The translations under genes were made by a program, and so were the position numbers. Below are positions 48,437-58,502 of a stretch of 64,000 nucleotides of DNA, one piece after another (the stretch's first letter is position 1; the number at the start of each line of letters is the position of its first letter). The notes under the pieces were generated by a model. That model was not told where the DNA came from. It worked only from the letters and a program-made list of their open reading frames with translations, and made no database searches. The stretch spans positions 352,001-416,000 of the forward strand of contig CBDCTZ010000008.1 in assembly GCA_965222375.1 (NCBI GenBank), read 5' to 3'. This stretch comes from Polyangiaceae bacterium (GTDB taxonomy: Bacteria > Myxococcota_A > Polyangia > Polyangiales > Polyangiaceae).

Positions 48437-51400
48437 GCTCTTCATCGTCGACGACCTCCCCCTCAGCAGAAGCTTCTTGCCCGGCAACCTCGTCGGCCAT
48501 GCCCGGCTTGACGATGGTCCGGTCGTACTCTTCGTCCGCTGAGAAGTCCGGCACGGCCTGAACGACTGCGTCAGGCATCGGCGGAAGCGGCGCCCCCACT
48601 GGAGGAGGGTTGGAAGAGATCGGGACGGGCGGTCGGCTGGACAGAGATCGCGGCGGTGGCAGCACGCTGGAAGTCGGCGACTCGTCCAGCTCGGTGATCG
48701 ATGCGCTTAGCGTCACTTCGTCGGCTTTCGGGAATTCGATGTCAGGCCGCTCCGGCTTCAAGCCCGCGAGGGCGTCCTCTGCGTGCGCCTGCGCGACGGG
48801 ATCGCCGGCGGAGGGCGGCAGCGTGGGACCGTCGTCGTCGTCATCCGCACCAGGCGCGACCAGTCCTTCGGCTTCGGGAGGTACGGCCAAGGGCGCCGGG
48901 GATGCATCCATATCCGTGTGCAGAGTTTCGCCTTCGGCAGGAGGCGGCGGCGCGCCAGCGTCTGCCGGCGGCGACTGCGATGGCGCTTTCGGTTCCGGTG
49001 GCTCCGACTTGGGCTTGGGCTCCTTGGCGCGCCCGATCATCCCGGCTTTGGAGCGCTCCAAGCCTTCGGTCGCTTCAGGATCCCCACTCTTCATGCGCAA
49101 GACCCGGCGCCAGGCATCCGCTGCCTCCCGGGGGTCGTCCAGCCGCTCTTCCCACAGCCGCGCGACCTTGCGTGCAAGCTCCGCGCGCGAACTTGGGTCC
49201 TTGCCACGGAGGATTTGATCTTCGTAGAGCTGGACCATCCCCCGCCAATCTTCCAGCTCTTGATACAGCGCTCCCAGGTCGTCACTGATGCCAGCGTCCG
49301 ACGGCGACAAGTCGTGCAATCGCTTCAGGTCTTGAGCTGCGCCGGGCTTGTCGTCCAGCCGGTCGCGGCGCAGCTGGGCGCGGCGTGCCAGAAGCTTTCG
49401 CACGAGCGGGCCATCGAACACCTCTTCCAACGCGCGCCCCAGCACCGTCTCGCCCCGCTTGAGGTCCCCGACCTCGTCTGCCAGCGCCTCCAGCGCCTCC
49501 AAACTATCGTCATCCACATGGGTGACCAGCGCGTCCCCAATCCACTGGAACGCGCGCTCGATGTCGTCCAGATCGCGATGTGCCAATTGGGCGGCGCGGC
49601 GCAACAGCGCGCTTCGCGTGCGGCCTCCATCCCTGGACCCCTGCCCTCCTGCCGCCAGCGCTTCGCACAGCACGCTGAGTAGTTTCGGTTCATCCAGGTC
49701 TTGATCTGTGGCCCGGGAGATGTCCTCCAGAGTCGAGATGGTAGCATCCTGCACACCGCCGCTGAGGGCCAAGTCGAAGAAGCTACGCGCGCGGTCGAGA
49801 CCATCATGCCGTGCCGCCACCTGCGCCGCCCGGGCCAGAGCGTTGAGGCGGTCTTCGGGCGCCTTGCAGCGCACGATCTGGCGCTCGTATAGATCGATCA
49901 CGTGGCCCGGCGCCGGAGCGAGCTTGCTCAAGCGCTCGAGCAGCGGGTCCACGTCATCCGGAGGAACGCTCGTCAGAGCCTGCTCCCCATGGTTGATCGC
50001 CTCCAGCGAGTCGACCCCAGCGCTGAGCAGGGTCTCGGCTTGCCGTACCATCTCTTCGGCCCGGCTGGGGCCGGACAGATCCTGTACCAAGAAGTCGTGG
50101 GCAACGCCGAGCGCGTCCGTGTCTTTCAGTTTAACCGCGATCTCCTCGAGGCGCTTTGCGAGTTCCGTGTCCGCGCCGCGGGTGCGGACTACCTCTTGTG
50201 CAACTTGAGCGGCGTCGGCGTCCCGCCCAACGTTTGCGAAGCGCTCGAAGGCTCCGCGCAGCGCTTCATGTCGCTCAGGCCCAACTGGAGACTCGAGGTG
50301 CCATTCCACGAGCTTGGTCGCAACGATGCCGGCCCATCCGAGTTCATCGCCGAGCTTGACGTATGCTTCTCGACACTCCTTGTCGCCTTGGTCCGCAACC
50401 TCCATCAGTGTCGCCAGGGCTTCGTCGCCCTTCTCGAGGTTTTCGGACTGGATCGTGGCGAGCTTGCGAGTCATGCGACTCAGCTCTTCTTCGTCGCCCT
50501 CCACTTCGGCGAGCGCGGCGAGGTGCTCAGCAACCCGGGCCCAATCTTCGAGCCGCTCCGAAAGGTCACAAGCGCGCTGCAAAGCGTCGAAGTCCTCCGG
50601 ATCGAGTTCTCGCACGATGTCCAACACGCGGAGCGCAGCGCGAGGATCGTCCAGAGGTCCTTCGTAGAGCACAGCGAGGCGTTGTGCGACGTCCATGCGC
50701 TCTTCAGCCGGCTCGGTGAGTTTCAACCGCCGCTCCAGAGCGTCCGCTTGGCCTTTCGGCTCGTCCCGCTGCTCATGCAAACCGGCGATGGCATCCAGAG
50801 CCGGCAAGTTCTTTTCGTCGATGGTCTTGAGGATGTGCTCGTAGCGCTCGACCGCCCCCTCGGGGTCATTGAGCCCCTCGGCCACGATGCCGGCTTCGCG
50901 CAGCAGGATCTGCAGCTTGCGCTCCCCGGGTAGGCCCGCGCTCTTGGCCAATCGGTGCAGGTATTCCGAGGCGTCGGCGAATTCGGCACGCTCCTCCGCG
51001 TCCTCCGCCAGCAATTCCAGGGTCTCGACGTCGTCACCGTCGGAGAGCACGAGCACGAGCGTCTCCCGAGCACCCTCGAGATCGGCTAGCACCTCCCGCT
51101 GGGTAGCCGCGGCACGCTTGCGAAGCGCAACTCGTTCGGGCTTATTGGTCAGTTTCTCCGACCGGCGTAGGAGGAACTGCACCAAGTCGCTGGTCCGCTC
51201 CGCCAACGCGTAGCGCTCCTCCAGCGCCTTGGCGTGGGCGTCGCTCATGGGGTCCAAGTCCGCGGCCTGTTCCAAGCGCAGGACGGCACTCGCGTCGTCT
51301 CCGGCGCGACCCAAATAGTCCGCCTCCAAAGCGAAGAGACCTGCCTTCGTCTTTGGCTTGTCTTCTAGCTGCGCGCGCTGCCCAACGGCGTTTGCCGCTT

Positions 51401-53324
51401 GCTCCCAAACCTGAGCATTCACGAGACAGCGCTCGGCGGCCTGCCACAGGGCGGCATCGTCCGCAGCAGCCGCGGCTTCTGCGAAGGCATCGCCGGCGGC
51501 CACCAAGTCCCTGGCCGCCTCGCGCAGCTCGCCGAGCTTCTTCTGAAGCTGCACCCGCGCCGCACTGTCCTCGACCTCCGCGATGTTGTCCCCAATGCAC
51601 TGCGCGGCCAAGTCTGGGCGCTCGCCGCGCTCGAAGAGTTTGACCGCAGTGGAAAGGGCCGAATCGTCGCCCGGCGCCAAACCTGCGATCCGCGCCCAAG
51701 CTTCCCCGGCAGCGACGGGGTCCTTGCGTTTCTGCTCGTGCAGCTTGGCGAGCTGCTTCTCCATGCTCAGTCGCGCCTCGAGATCCGTGGTCTGCTCCGC
51801 GTCCTGCTCCAGCAGGGTGGCCAAGTCATCCCAACGATGGGCCTTTTCGAGGAGTCTTCGCAGTTGCGTTCGTGGCCCTTCTTCGGAGCGATCCAACGCG
51901 GCAAGCTGCTTCCAGGCATAGATGGCGTTGTCCATGTCCCGCAATTGGGTCTCGCACAGCCCCGCGATCTCGCGCAGCCAGCCTCGCCTCGCCTCACCGT
52001 CCACGCCGGGCGTGCGTGCAGCCGCCAGTAGCATGTCGCGCAAGTCAGCGTACTTGCGCTTCTGCCGCAGGTGCCCTTCCAAGAAGCCAAGAGCGTCCGG
52101 GTTGGACGGGTCCAGTTCCACGATTTCCTGGTAGCGCGCTGCCGCCTCCTGCTTCTTGCCTTTGCGTGCCAGGGCGTCGGCGACTTCCAACAAGCCGCGA
52201 ACACGATCTGGGTTGGGCGCGTCCGCCGGGGGCGCCAGCGCCTCGACGAGTTCGCTGTCGCTCCCGGACTCGCTGGTCACCGCTTCCGTCACGAGACGGC
52301 GCGCGTCCTCCACGATGGCGCCTTGCGGATTCGCACGGAGATAGGCCGCCGCTTTGGGTGCAACTTCGTGCTGTCGGCCGAGTTGTTCGGCGTAATACAG
52401 CGCCAGCTGGATGGCGCGGTCGTTGGCCGGCTCCAGCTCCAATGCGCAAGTCGAGTACGAGTAAGCGTGCTCGCCGGGGTACTCCTCGGCCAGGTCCAGG
52501 AACATCTGCGCTCCCTCCTGAGCCTCTTGAGGGTGCAGGCTTTCACCTTGTTGCACGCGCTCGAGGAGCATCGACGCGAGCTCCTGCTTCAGGCTGGGAT
52601 CCTGCCCTTGATCGATGGAGCAAGCGTTTCGGAGTGCATCCGCGGCGCCGTAGGGGTCCCCAGCGTTCTTTCGAACCTCCGCTTCATCACGGTACAGCTG
52701 AACCTGGCGGTCCGTATCATCCACGAGCGCCAGCTCCATTCCGAAGTACGGAACCGCCTCCGCCCAGCTACCCTGGGACTTCAACGCCTCGCGCACGGAG
52801 TAGATCGCGAACTGACTGCCAGGATCGTACTCCAGCGCTCGCCTGAAGTTGTCGACGGCCTTCTTCGGTTGCGTCAAGGGCGCCTCGGACCACAGCCGGC
52901 CCAGCTCCTCGTGGATGCCGGCAACGTGCGCGCGCATTTCCGAGTCCTGCTGCGCCAGAGGCGCAAGCGCCTTTGCACGCCGTTCGAGGAGGGCGACCAG
53001 CGCTTTGGAATCGCCTTTTTCACGATACAGCTCGCTGAGGCGATCCGCCGCCGCAGACTGGGTCGGATCTCGGTCGATCGCAATCATCAACGCACGCGCA
53101 GCGCGGTGCGCGTCGCCCAGGGTGTCCGCCCAAACCTTCGCCGACTCGGTCAGCCAGTGCGAGGCCAGAGCGGCGTCTGCGGTGGCGGTCCCGACTTTTT
53201 CCAGCAACATTGCATAAGAACGAGGGTCGGCCTGCCCTGCCTGATGCGCGTAGCTCAACGCGTCGCTGTCGTGCGGGTTTTGGACCAAGCGCTGCACGAG
53301 CGCATCCATCTCACGGGGGTCCAT
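48396..53324 (-). CDS. Giant TPR/alpha-solenoid protein with a Pro-rich acidic tail
   Basis: About 1640 aa of TPR-like repeats (e.g. YQEIVELDPSNPDAL). Start MDPREMD at 53324 is inferred. Confidence 0.88.
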   Translation of the reverse strand: MDPREMDALVQRLVQNPHDSDALSYAHQAGQADPRSYAMLLEKVGTATADAALASHWLTESAKVWADTLGDAHRAARALMIAIDRDPTQSAAADRLSELYREKGDSKALVALLERRAKALAPLAQQDSEMRAHVAGIHEELGRLWSEAPLTQPKKAVDNFRRALEYDPGSQFAIYSVREALKSQGSWAEAVPYFGMELALVDDTDRQVQLYRDEAEVRKNAGDPYGAADALRNACSIDQGQDPSLKQELASMLLERVQQGESLHPQEAQEGAQMFLDLAEEYPGEHAYSYSTCALELEPANDRAIQLALYYAEQLGRQHEVAPKAAAYLRANPQGAIVEDARRLVTEAVTSESGSDSELVEALAPPADAPNPDRVRGLLEVADALARKGKKQEAAARYQEIVELDPSNPDALGFLEGHLRQKRKYADLRDMLLAAARTPGVDGEARRGWLREIAGLCETQLRDMDNAIYAWKQLAALDRSEEGPRTQLRRLLEKAHRWDDLATLLEQDAEQTTDLEARLSMEKQLAKLHEQKRKDPVAAGEAWARIAGLAPGDDSALSTAVKLFERGERPDLAAQCIGDNIAEVEDSAARVQLQKKLGELREAARDLVAAGDAFAEAAAAADDAALWQAAERCLVNAQVWEQAANAVGQRAQLEDKPKTKAGLFALEADYLGRAGDDASAVLRLEQAADLDPMSDAHAKALEERYALAERTSDLVQFLLRRSEKLTNKPERVALRKRAAATQREVLADLEGARETLVLVLSDGDDVETLELLAEDAEERAEFADASEYLHRLAKSAGLPGERKLQILLREAGIVAEGLNDPEGAVERYEHILKTIDEKNLPALDAIAGLHEQRDEPKGQADALERRLKLTEPAEERMDVAQRLAVLYEGPLDDPRAALRVLDIVRELDPEDFDALQRACDLSERLEDWARVAEHLAALAEVEGDEEELSRMTRKLATIQSENLEKGDEALATLMEVADQGDKECREAYVKLGDELGWAGIVATKLVEWHLESPVGPERHEALRGAFERFANVGRDADAAQVAQEVVRTRGADTELAKRLEEIAVKLKDTDALGVAHDFLVQDLSGPSRAEEMVRQAETLLSAGVDSLEAINHGEQALTSVPPDDVDPLLERLSKLAPAPGHVIDLYERQIVRCKAPEDRLNALARAAQVAARHDGLDRARSFFDLALSGGVQDATISTLEDISRATDQDLDEPKLLSVLCEALAAGGQGSRDGGRTRSALLRRAAQLAHRDLDDIERAFQWIGDALVTHVDDDSLEALEALADEVGDLKRGETVLGRALEEVFDGPLVRKLLARRAQLRRDRLDDKPGAAQDLKRLHDLSPSDAGISDDLGALYQELEDWRGMVQLYEDQILRGKDPSSRAELARKVARLWEERLDDPREAADAWRRVLRMKSGDPEATEGLERSKAGMIGRAKEPKPKSEPPEPKAPSQSPPADAGAPPPPAEGETLHTDMDASPAPLAVPPEAEGLVAPGADDDDDGPTLPPSAGDPVAQAHAEDALAGLKPERPDIEFPKADEVTLSASITELDESPTSSVLPPPRSLSSRPPVPISSNPPPVGAPLPPMPDAVVQAVPDFSADEEYDRTIVKPGMADEVAGQEASAEGEVVDDEELIVDDDELFEDEP

Positions 53325-53421
53325 CGCGGCTCGGACGCTATCACGCCGTATCTCCCAGCCGCAACGCGGACTTAGCCTCTCTGGACTGCTTTGGACCCGA
53401 CCCCGAGATTTGCTCCAAATC

Positions 53422-54900
53422 TCACTCGAAGCGGCCGTACCGCCCCGAGCTCGCCGCCGGCTTCGGCGCCGCTGTTTTTGGGGATGCCGGCTTGGGCTTG
53501 GCTGGACGCCGAATCCAGCGCCTAGGTTTGGCCTTGCGGGGCTTGGCCGGAGCCGCGGCGTCCGATTCATCCAGATCGATGGCCTCGTCGACTGCATCCG
53601 AGGATGGCTCTGGCTGCGAGCTGCTCGCCGCGAGGGTCTGCGTCGGGACGGCACCCGTCGCCGCAGCTGCCGTCGGTGCGGCCATCCGGCGCACAGCCCA
53701 GAACCCAAGCACGCCAACCAGCAGCGTCGCCAACACAGCCGCGCCCAACCACACTCCAATCTTCGTCGGCGCTGCCGGAGCTTGGGAGGCGCTGGTGGGT
53801 GGGCCAGCCCAACTGGTCGCGTGCCGTCCGGTCACGTTGGGCAGCATCTCGACAGACGCAGCCTCGAGCTCTGCGGCGAACTGTTCCGCGGACTGGGGTC
53901 GGTGCTCAGGTCGTTTGGCGAGAGCCCGCCGAACGACAGCTTCCAGGGCGGGCGGCACCATCGCTTCCGGCGCCACGCTCGACAGCGCCGGAGGCTCGTC
54001 CTTGATGTGCCTCGCCATGACGACCACCGCGTCATCGTCCACGAAGGGGGCTTGCCCCGCCAGCATTTGGAACAGCATCACGCCCAGGGAGTAGAGATCG
54101 CTGCGAGCGTCCAAGGGCACGCCCTGGGCCTGTTCCGGAGACATATAGCGGGGCGTGCCGAACACCGTGCCCGCCTGAGTTTCCAGCTGATCTACGTGTT
54201 CTGGGTCTGCATGCATCAGCTTCGCGATGCCGAAATCCAAAACTTTGCAGATCTCCTTTTCGCCGGACTCCGACGGTACGCGCATCAAGAACAAGTTGTC
54301 GGGCTTGAGATCCCGATGGATGATCCCTTTGCCGTGCGCTTCTCCCAAGGAGAGCAATGCCTCGCGCGTGAAGCGCACTGCTTCCTCGCCACTCAGGCGT
54401 CCCACGCGCTTCAGGCGGGCGCCGAGGGTTTCGCCCTCGAGAAGCTCCATCGCCATGAACCACGAGCCGTCTTCGGCAACACCGAAATCGAATACCGTGA
54501 CCGTGTGTGGACTGACGAGCGCACTCGTCGCGCGCGCTTCTCGTTCGAAGCGCACGCGGGTCTCGGCATCGTAAGCGCGATCCCCCCGAACGATCTTGAG
54601 CGCAACGTCCCGTCCCACGGCCTCCTGGCGTGCCCGGTACACCGCGCCCATGGACCCAGCACCCAACCGCCCCATGATCACGAAACGACCGGAGACCGTA
54701 GTGCCCAACATGGTGTCGCCCTGCGCGCGATCCAGTTCCCGAATCGGAACGAACGCCAGGCTGTGCTCCGGGCAGCGCGGCACCTTGCCGGGGCCTTGCA
54801 GCGTCCGGGTAGCGCTGGCGTCGAGCAGGCGTCGACAGCTCGGGCACACCTTTGGTGCGCGAGCGCTAGGACGCGCTGCTTGGAAGGAGCCTTGGCCCAT
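53422..54900 (-). CDS. Membrane Hanks-type Ser/Thr protein kinase
   Basis: N-terminal CPSC...CPEH knuckle; GAGSMGAVY, VALK, HRDLKPDN, DFGIAK, GTPRYMSPEQ; C-terminal TM segment. Confidence 0.96.
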   Translation of the reverse strand: MGQGSFQAARPSARAPKVCPSCRRLLDASATRTLQGPGKVPRCPEHSLAFVPIRELDRAQGDTMLGTTVSGRFVIMGRLGAGSMGAVYRARQEAVGRDVALKIVRGDRAYDAETRVRFEREARATSALVSPHTVTVFDFGVAEDGSWFMAMELLEGETLGARLKRVGRLSGEEAVRFTREALLSLGEAHGKGIIHRDLKPDNLFLMRVPSESGEKEICKVLDFGIAKLMHADPEHVDQLETQAGTVFGTPRYMSPEQAQGVPLDARSDLYSLGVMLFQMLAGQAPFVDDDAVVVMARHIKDEPPALSSVAPEAMVPPALEAVVRRALAKRPEHRPQSAEQFAAELEAASVEMLPNVTGRHATSWAGPPTSASQAPAAPTKIGVWLGAAVLATLLVGVLGFWAVRRMAAPTAAAATGAVPTQTLAASSSQPEPSSDAVDEAIDLDESDAAAPAKPRKAKPRRWIRRPAKPKPASPKTAAPKPAASSGRYGRFE

Positions 54901-54911
54901 GGTTGGCTCTT

Positions 54912-55910
54912 CTAATTTACAGAGCTTTTGCTGGGAACGCAGAGCAAGACGGTCTTTTGTTCGACTCCGACGGGCAAACACGCCAATTCATCGGGGTTTC
55001 CGCAGTCTTTGTCGATGCAGCAGGAGTCCGTGCACAATTTTCCGAGCAGGTTGAAATTCTCGCACTGAGCGGTCTGGCAATCCGCGTCAACCTGGCAGGA
55101 CTCCCCGATGGAAGCGCTGCCGCTGGGGCCATTCGTGAACTTGCACCCGCGAACACCCAGATCCAGGTCGTAGATGCACTCCATGGTGCCGACGTTGCCA
55201 CACTCGCTGCGTTTGCAGCAGGGGCCCGAGCAATAGGTTGGGTTGGCCGTGGCGACGCACGCTTGGCTGCGACAGCTGTCCCCGCTGACGCAATCGGGAG
55301 TGCCGATGTCGCCAACGCCCCCGGGCGGTCCGCAGAAGAAGCCCACTCGCGGCGCCAGATCCGGGATCCCCCGAAGCACGCACGCCTCGTTGCTGCTGCA
55401 ATCGGAGTTGCGGCAGCACATGTCGATGCAGAACCCATTTTCGCACAGACCAGAAGAACAGTCAGAGGGTTGAACACAATTCGAACCGAGCGGCTTGCTG
55501 CCCTTGATTCGATTCACGATTGCAGCGGGGACGCAGACGTTCGCTCCCCCGGTCGACGGCACACAAACCCCCGCGCCACACTCTTCAGAGGTGCAGCAGC
55601 CTTTGGAGCAGAAAAACCCTGGCGCCAAACCAAGGGCAGAACCCTCGGTGCAAAAAAGCCCTGTGTCACACCCTCCATCCGGGCGACACGCTTGCACCAG
55701 CGTGCCGTCGGTCCCAGCGTCCACGCTACAGCCCGCGGGCCCGCAACTACGACACTTGCCCGCCACGCACTGCTGCGCAGCCGGACACGCCGGCGGGCCC
55801 ACGGCTCCCTCGTTGCTGCATCGGACAGGATCGAGTTCGCTGGGAACGATCAGGCTGCAGGACGCGACTGCCGCGACGATCACGCACAGTGCCAACCGCA
55901 CTCTCTTCAA
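54912..55910 (-). CDS. Cysteine-rich repeat lipoprotein
   Basis: Lipobox VASC; repeats such as CSKGCCTSEEC, CIDMCCRNSDC, CSGPCCKRSEC, CTDSCCIDKDC; TTGA overlap with the upstream gene. Confidence 0.85.
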   Translation of the reverse strand: MKRVRLALCVIVAAVASCSLIVPSELDPVRCSNEGAVGPPACPAAQQCVAGKCRSCGPAGCSVDAGTDGTLVQACRPDGGCDTGLFCTEGSALGLAPGFFCSKGCCTSEECGAGVCVPSTGGANVCVPAAIVNRIKGSKPLGSNCVQPSDCSSGLCENGFCIDMCCRNSDCSSNEACVLRGIPDLAPRVGFFCGPPGGVGDIGTPDCVSGDSCRSQACVATANPTYCSGPCCKRSECGNVGTMECIYDLDLGVRGCKFTNGPSGSASIGESCQVDADCQTAQCENFNLLGKLCTDSCCIDKDCGNPDELACLPVGVEQKTVLLCVPSKSSVN

Positions 55911-56692
55911 AAGGGCACCCCCACGGAAAGCGTCGCGCCGTGCTTGGTGAGCGCAGCGTTGGCCTTCGCCTTCAGGGGCTCGGTGTCGCGACCGAAGTAG
56001 AGCCACGCTGTCGCGCCGAGGGAGACCGCGCTGATCAAGAACGCGACGTCCGCCACGACAGCGTGTTGGTGTGCTTTCTCCGCGCGGTCCTGTAGCTGCG
56101 CAGCGGAAGTCGAGGCGCTCGTGCGCTCGTCGCTGCTCGGGCGTTCCGCCAACGCCCGCACTCCGAAAACGACGCCGACCAGAGCCGCGGCACCGGCGAT
56201 GCCAGCCGCCGCGTAGGTCCACTCATCGAGCCGTCCGGGGCGCGGCGCTTCTTTGACCACTATGGTGGGGCGATACACGATGGGGGATGGGGCAGACCCT
56301 GACGGCACGGTAGTCGTTTCGTCGATCTCGTCCCGAGCGCCACGCAGGCGCTCGATGGTTCGATCGATGCGGACGATCTCCTGTGGGTCCGTCTCCATCT
56401 TTCGGAAACGCCGAAAATGCACCAGCGCTTGGTCCATGTCTCCAAGCTTTTCGTAGACCAATCCAAGGTTGTATTCGAGGTCCTTGCTCGTGGGGTCCAG
56501 CTTCCGTGCCGCGATCAACTCGTCCACGGCCTCGCGATACACGCCCCGACGGTAGGCGTCCTTGGCGCGGTCGAAATGCTCCTTGGCACTCTGAATCGCC
56601 TCTTCCGTGGGCGCGTCGCTGCCCTGGGCGCGGACTGAAGGAGAAATCCCCGCAAAGGCCAAACAAAGGAGCAAACAACGAAGCAGGCGCAT
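55907..56692 (-). CDS. Secreted TPR protein with C-terminal hydrophobic helices
   Basis: Signal peptide; YRRGVYREAV...LEYNLGLVYEKLG; C-terminus LSVGVPF. Confidence 0.85.
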   Translation of the reverse strand: MRLLRCLLLCLAFAGISPSVRAQGSDAPTEEAIQSAKEHFDRAKDAYRRGVYREAVDELIAARKLDPTSKDLEYNLGLVYEKLGDMDQALVHFRRFRKMETDPQEIVRIDRTIERLRGARDEIDETTTVPSGSAPSPIVYRPTIVVKEAPRPGRLDEWTYAAAGIAGAAALVGVVFGVRALAERPSSDERTSASTSAAQLQDRAEKAHQHAVVADVAFLISAVSLGATAWLYFGRDTEPLKAKANAALTKHGATLSVGVPF

Positions 56693-56768
56693 GAGGATGG
56701 GCCCACGATAGCGTAAGTTTGGACGTTTTCGCGCGTTCTCCCTCTCGAATCCCCAAAGGAGGACGCCC

Positions 56769-57401
56769 ATGCTTCGCCAAATTTCGGCCCTTATGCTCAC
56801 CCTCTGCCTGCCCGGGGTGGCGATGGCCCAGCCTTTTGCAGAACCTGCCGAAGGTTCCGGGACCATCGCGACCGACGAACACGGCCACACCCACGATCAC
56901 GGCTATTACGAGCACTACGAGCACTCGGAGGATCCCCCGCTGTCGACCAGCGCAGTGCGAGTGCACACCGGCCCCACCCTCAGGGTCAGCGAGGCCTCGC
57001 CAGCCGGTGGCTTGTTCGCCGCCATCGACATCGGCGAAAAGGCCGCGGGCGTGCGCTTGAGCGGAAGCTGGGTCAGGGTCGGCTCCGACCAAGGGCTCTC
57101 CCAGTATGCGGGCGAACTCTGGATCGACTTCGGCTACGACAAGCGTATTCATCCCATCTTGGGTGCGGGTGCCGGAGCCGCACGTCTGGATAGCGAAGAT
57201 CCCCAAACTGGCAATGTCAGCTCCGAAACAGTGGGGATCGGCATCTTGAGAGGCGCGGTCGAGTACGTGCTGCCGGTTCGCGGGACAGATGCTCGGGCCG
57301 GGCTGGAGGTGCTGGGCGCCGTGCCGGCGATTGGGTCAGAAACGGCAGGCAACCCCAAGCCTTGGATGCTCGTGACCGCGACGGTGGGAATAGGGTTCTG
57401 A
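56769..57401 (+). CDS. Small outer-membrane beta-barrel with a His-rich N-terminus
   Basis: SD AAGGAGG; signal peptide; HGHTHDHGYYEHYEH; about 8 amphipathic strands ending VGIGF. Confidence 0.75.
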   Translation: MLRQISALMLTLCLPGVAMAQPFAEPAEGSGTIATDEHGHTHDHGYYEHYEHSEDPPLSTSAVRVHTGPTLRVSEASPAGGLFAAIDIGEKAAGVRLSGSWVRVGSDQGLSQYAGELWIDFGYDKRIHPILGAGAGAARLDSEDPQTGNVSSETVGIGILRGAVEYVLPVRGTDARAGLEVLGAVPAIGSETAGNPKPWMLVTATVGIGF

Positions 57402-57512
57402 GCTGTTGGTTTGATGGTAGTGGCGCCCAGGGATGCGGCGGTTGGACGCCGCGCCTGGATCCCTGTCAGAGACTTTGCCAAGATATGTGGGTCTCGGCGC
57501 CTTGCGAGCCAC

Positions 57513-58421
57513 ATGCCTGACGACCCAATTCCCGATCCCTACGCCAACCAATCCGGTGGCGCGGGCGCATCCCACAAGAAGACCAGCAGCCTCGCCATCC
57601 TATCCCTGACCTCGTCGATCAGCGGGTTCCTGTGTTTCCCGGCGCTCGGCGGCCTGCTCGGCGTAGTGTTGGGCGTTGCCGCCAAGAGCGAAATCTCAAG
57701 GGACAACCGCAGCGGAGGCGGAATGGCGCTCTCTGGCATCGTGCTCGGAGGTCTGAACCTGGTGCTGAGCGCCGCCGCCCTGGCGGCTTTGCTGCTCTGG
57801 TTGCCACGGGGCGTGTCTAGCTCGTCCTCGTCACCACGGGCGCCTGCGACGGTGATTCCCGCACCGCCTCCGGTGGCGCCACCCACGATACCCTTCTCAC
57901 CTCCCAGTGCCACGCCCCCGACGCCTTCGCCGAAAGCCGCGTCCTCCCGAGACCGCAGCGTCACCGTCACAACCGTCGGCAAAGTAGACTTGGTCGATCT
58001 CAGCCGTGATGCGGGAGCCCTGACCAAACTACTCGACGCGCAGCACAAGGCGGCCGCACGCAAGCGTCAGAAACTCGTACTCTGGCTGGTCGTTCCCGAC
58101 TGCAAACCCTGCAATGGCGTGGCTGCATCCTTGCCCGATGCGCGCATGCAGACCGCCCTAGCCGGCACCCGGCTGGTGCGAGTCGACGTACGAGAGTTCG
58201 TTGGGGAGCTCGCCTATCTCGGCCTGCCATCGGACAAGATCCCCGGATTCGCCATACTCAGTAGCGGCAACCGGCCCGTGGACTACGTACATGGTGGCGA
58301 ATGGGACGAGGACGTCGCCGCCAATATCGCCCCGGTGCTCAGCAAATTCGTCCGGGGCTCCTTGTCCAAGCGCCGGCATCCGTGGCGAGGCACCCGGCGC
58401 GACGACGAGACCACCCTCTGA
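57513..58421 (+). CDS. DUF4190-type two-TM anchor, Pro-rich linker and thioredoxin-like domain
   Basis: KTSSLAILSL...GGGMALSGIVLG; CKPC; VRVDV...IPGF. Confidence 0.8.
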   Translation: MPDDPIPDPYANQSGGAGASHKKTSSLAILSLTSSISGFLCFPALGGLLGVVLGVAAKSEISRDNRSGGGMALSGIVLGGLNLVLSAAALAALLLWLPRGVSSSSSSPRAPATVIPAPPPVAPPTIPFSPPSATPPTPSPKAASSRDRSVTVTTVGKVDLVDLSRDAGALTKLLDAQHKAAARKRQKLVLWLVVPDCKPCNGVAASLPDARMQTALAGTRLVRVDVREFVGELAYLGLPSDKIPGFAILSSGNRPVDYVHGGEWDEDVAANIAPVLSKFVRGSLSKRRHPWRGTRRDDETTL

Positions 58422-58502
58422 ACCGCATCTTCAACGCTCTGAAATCACAGCGAATTCTCAAAGAGACTGCGCTATCTGGTTTTGCTAGACTCTGCCGTCC
58501 GA

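Noticed and set aside
48610..54915. Many long plus-strand ORFs (e.g. 52071-53375 and 53410-54915)
   Set aside because: Shadows of the giant TPR and kinase genes.
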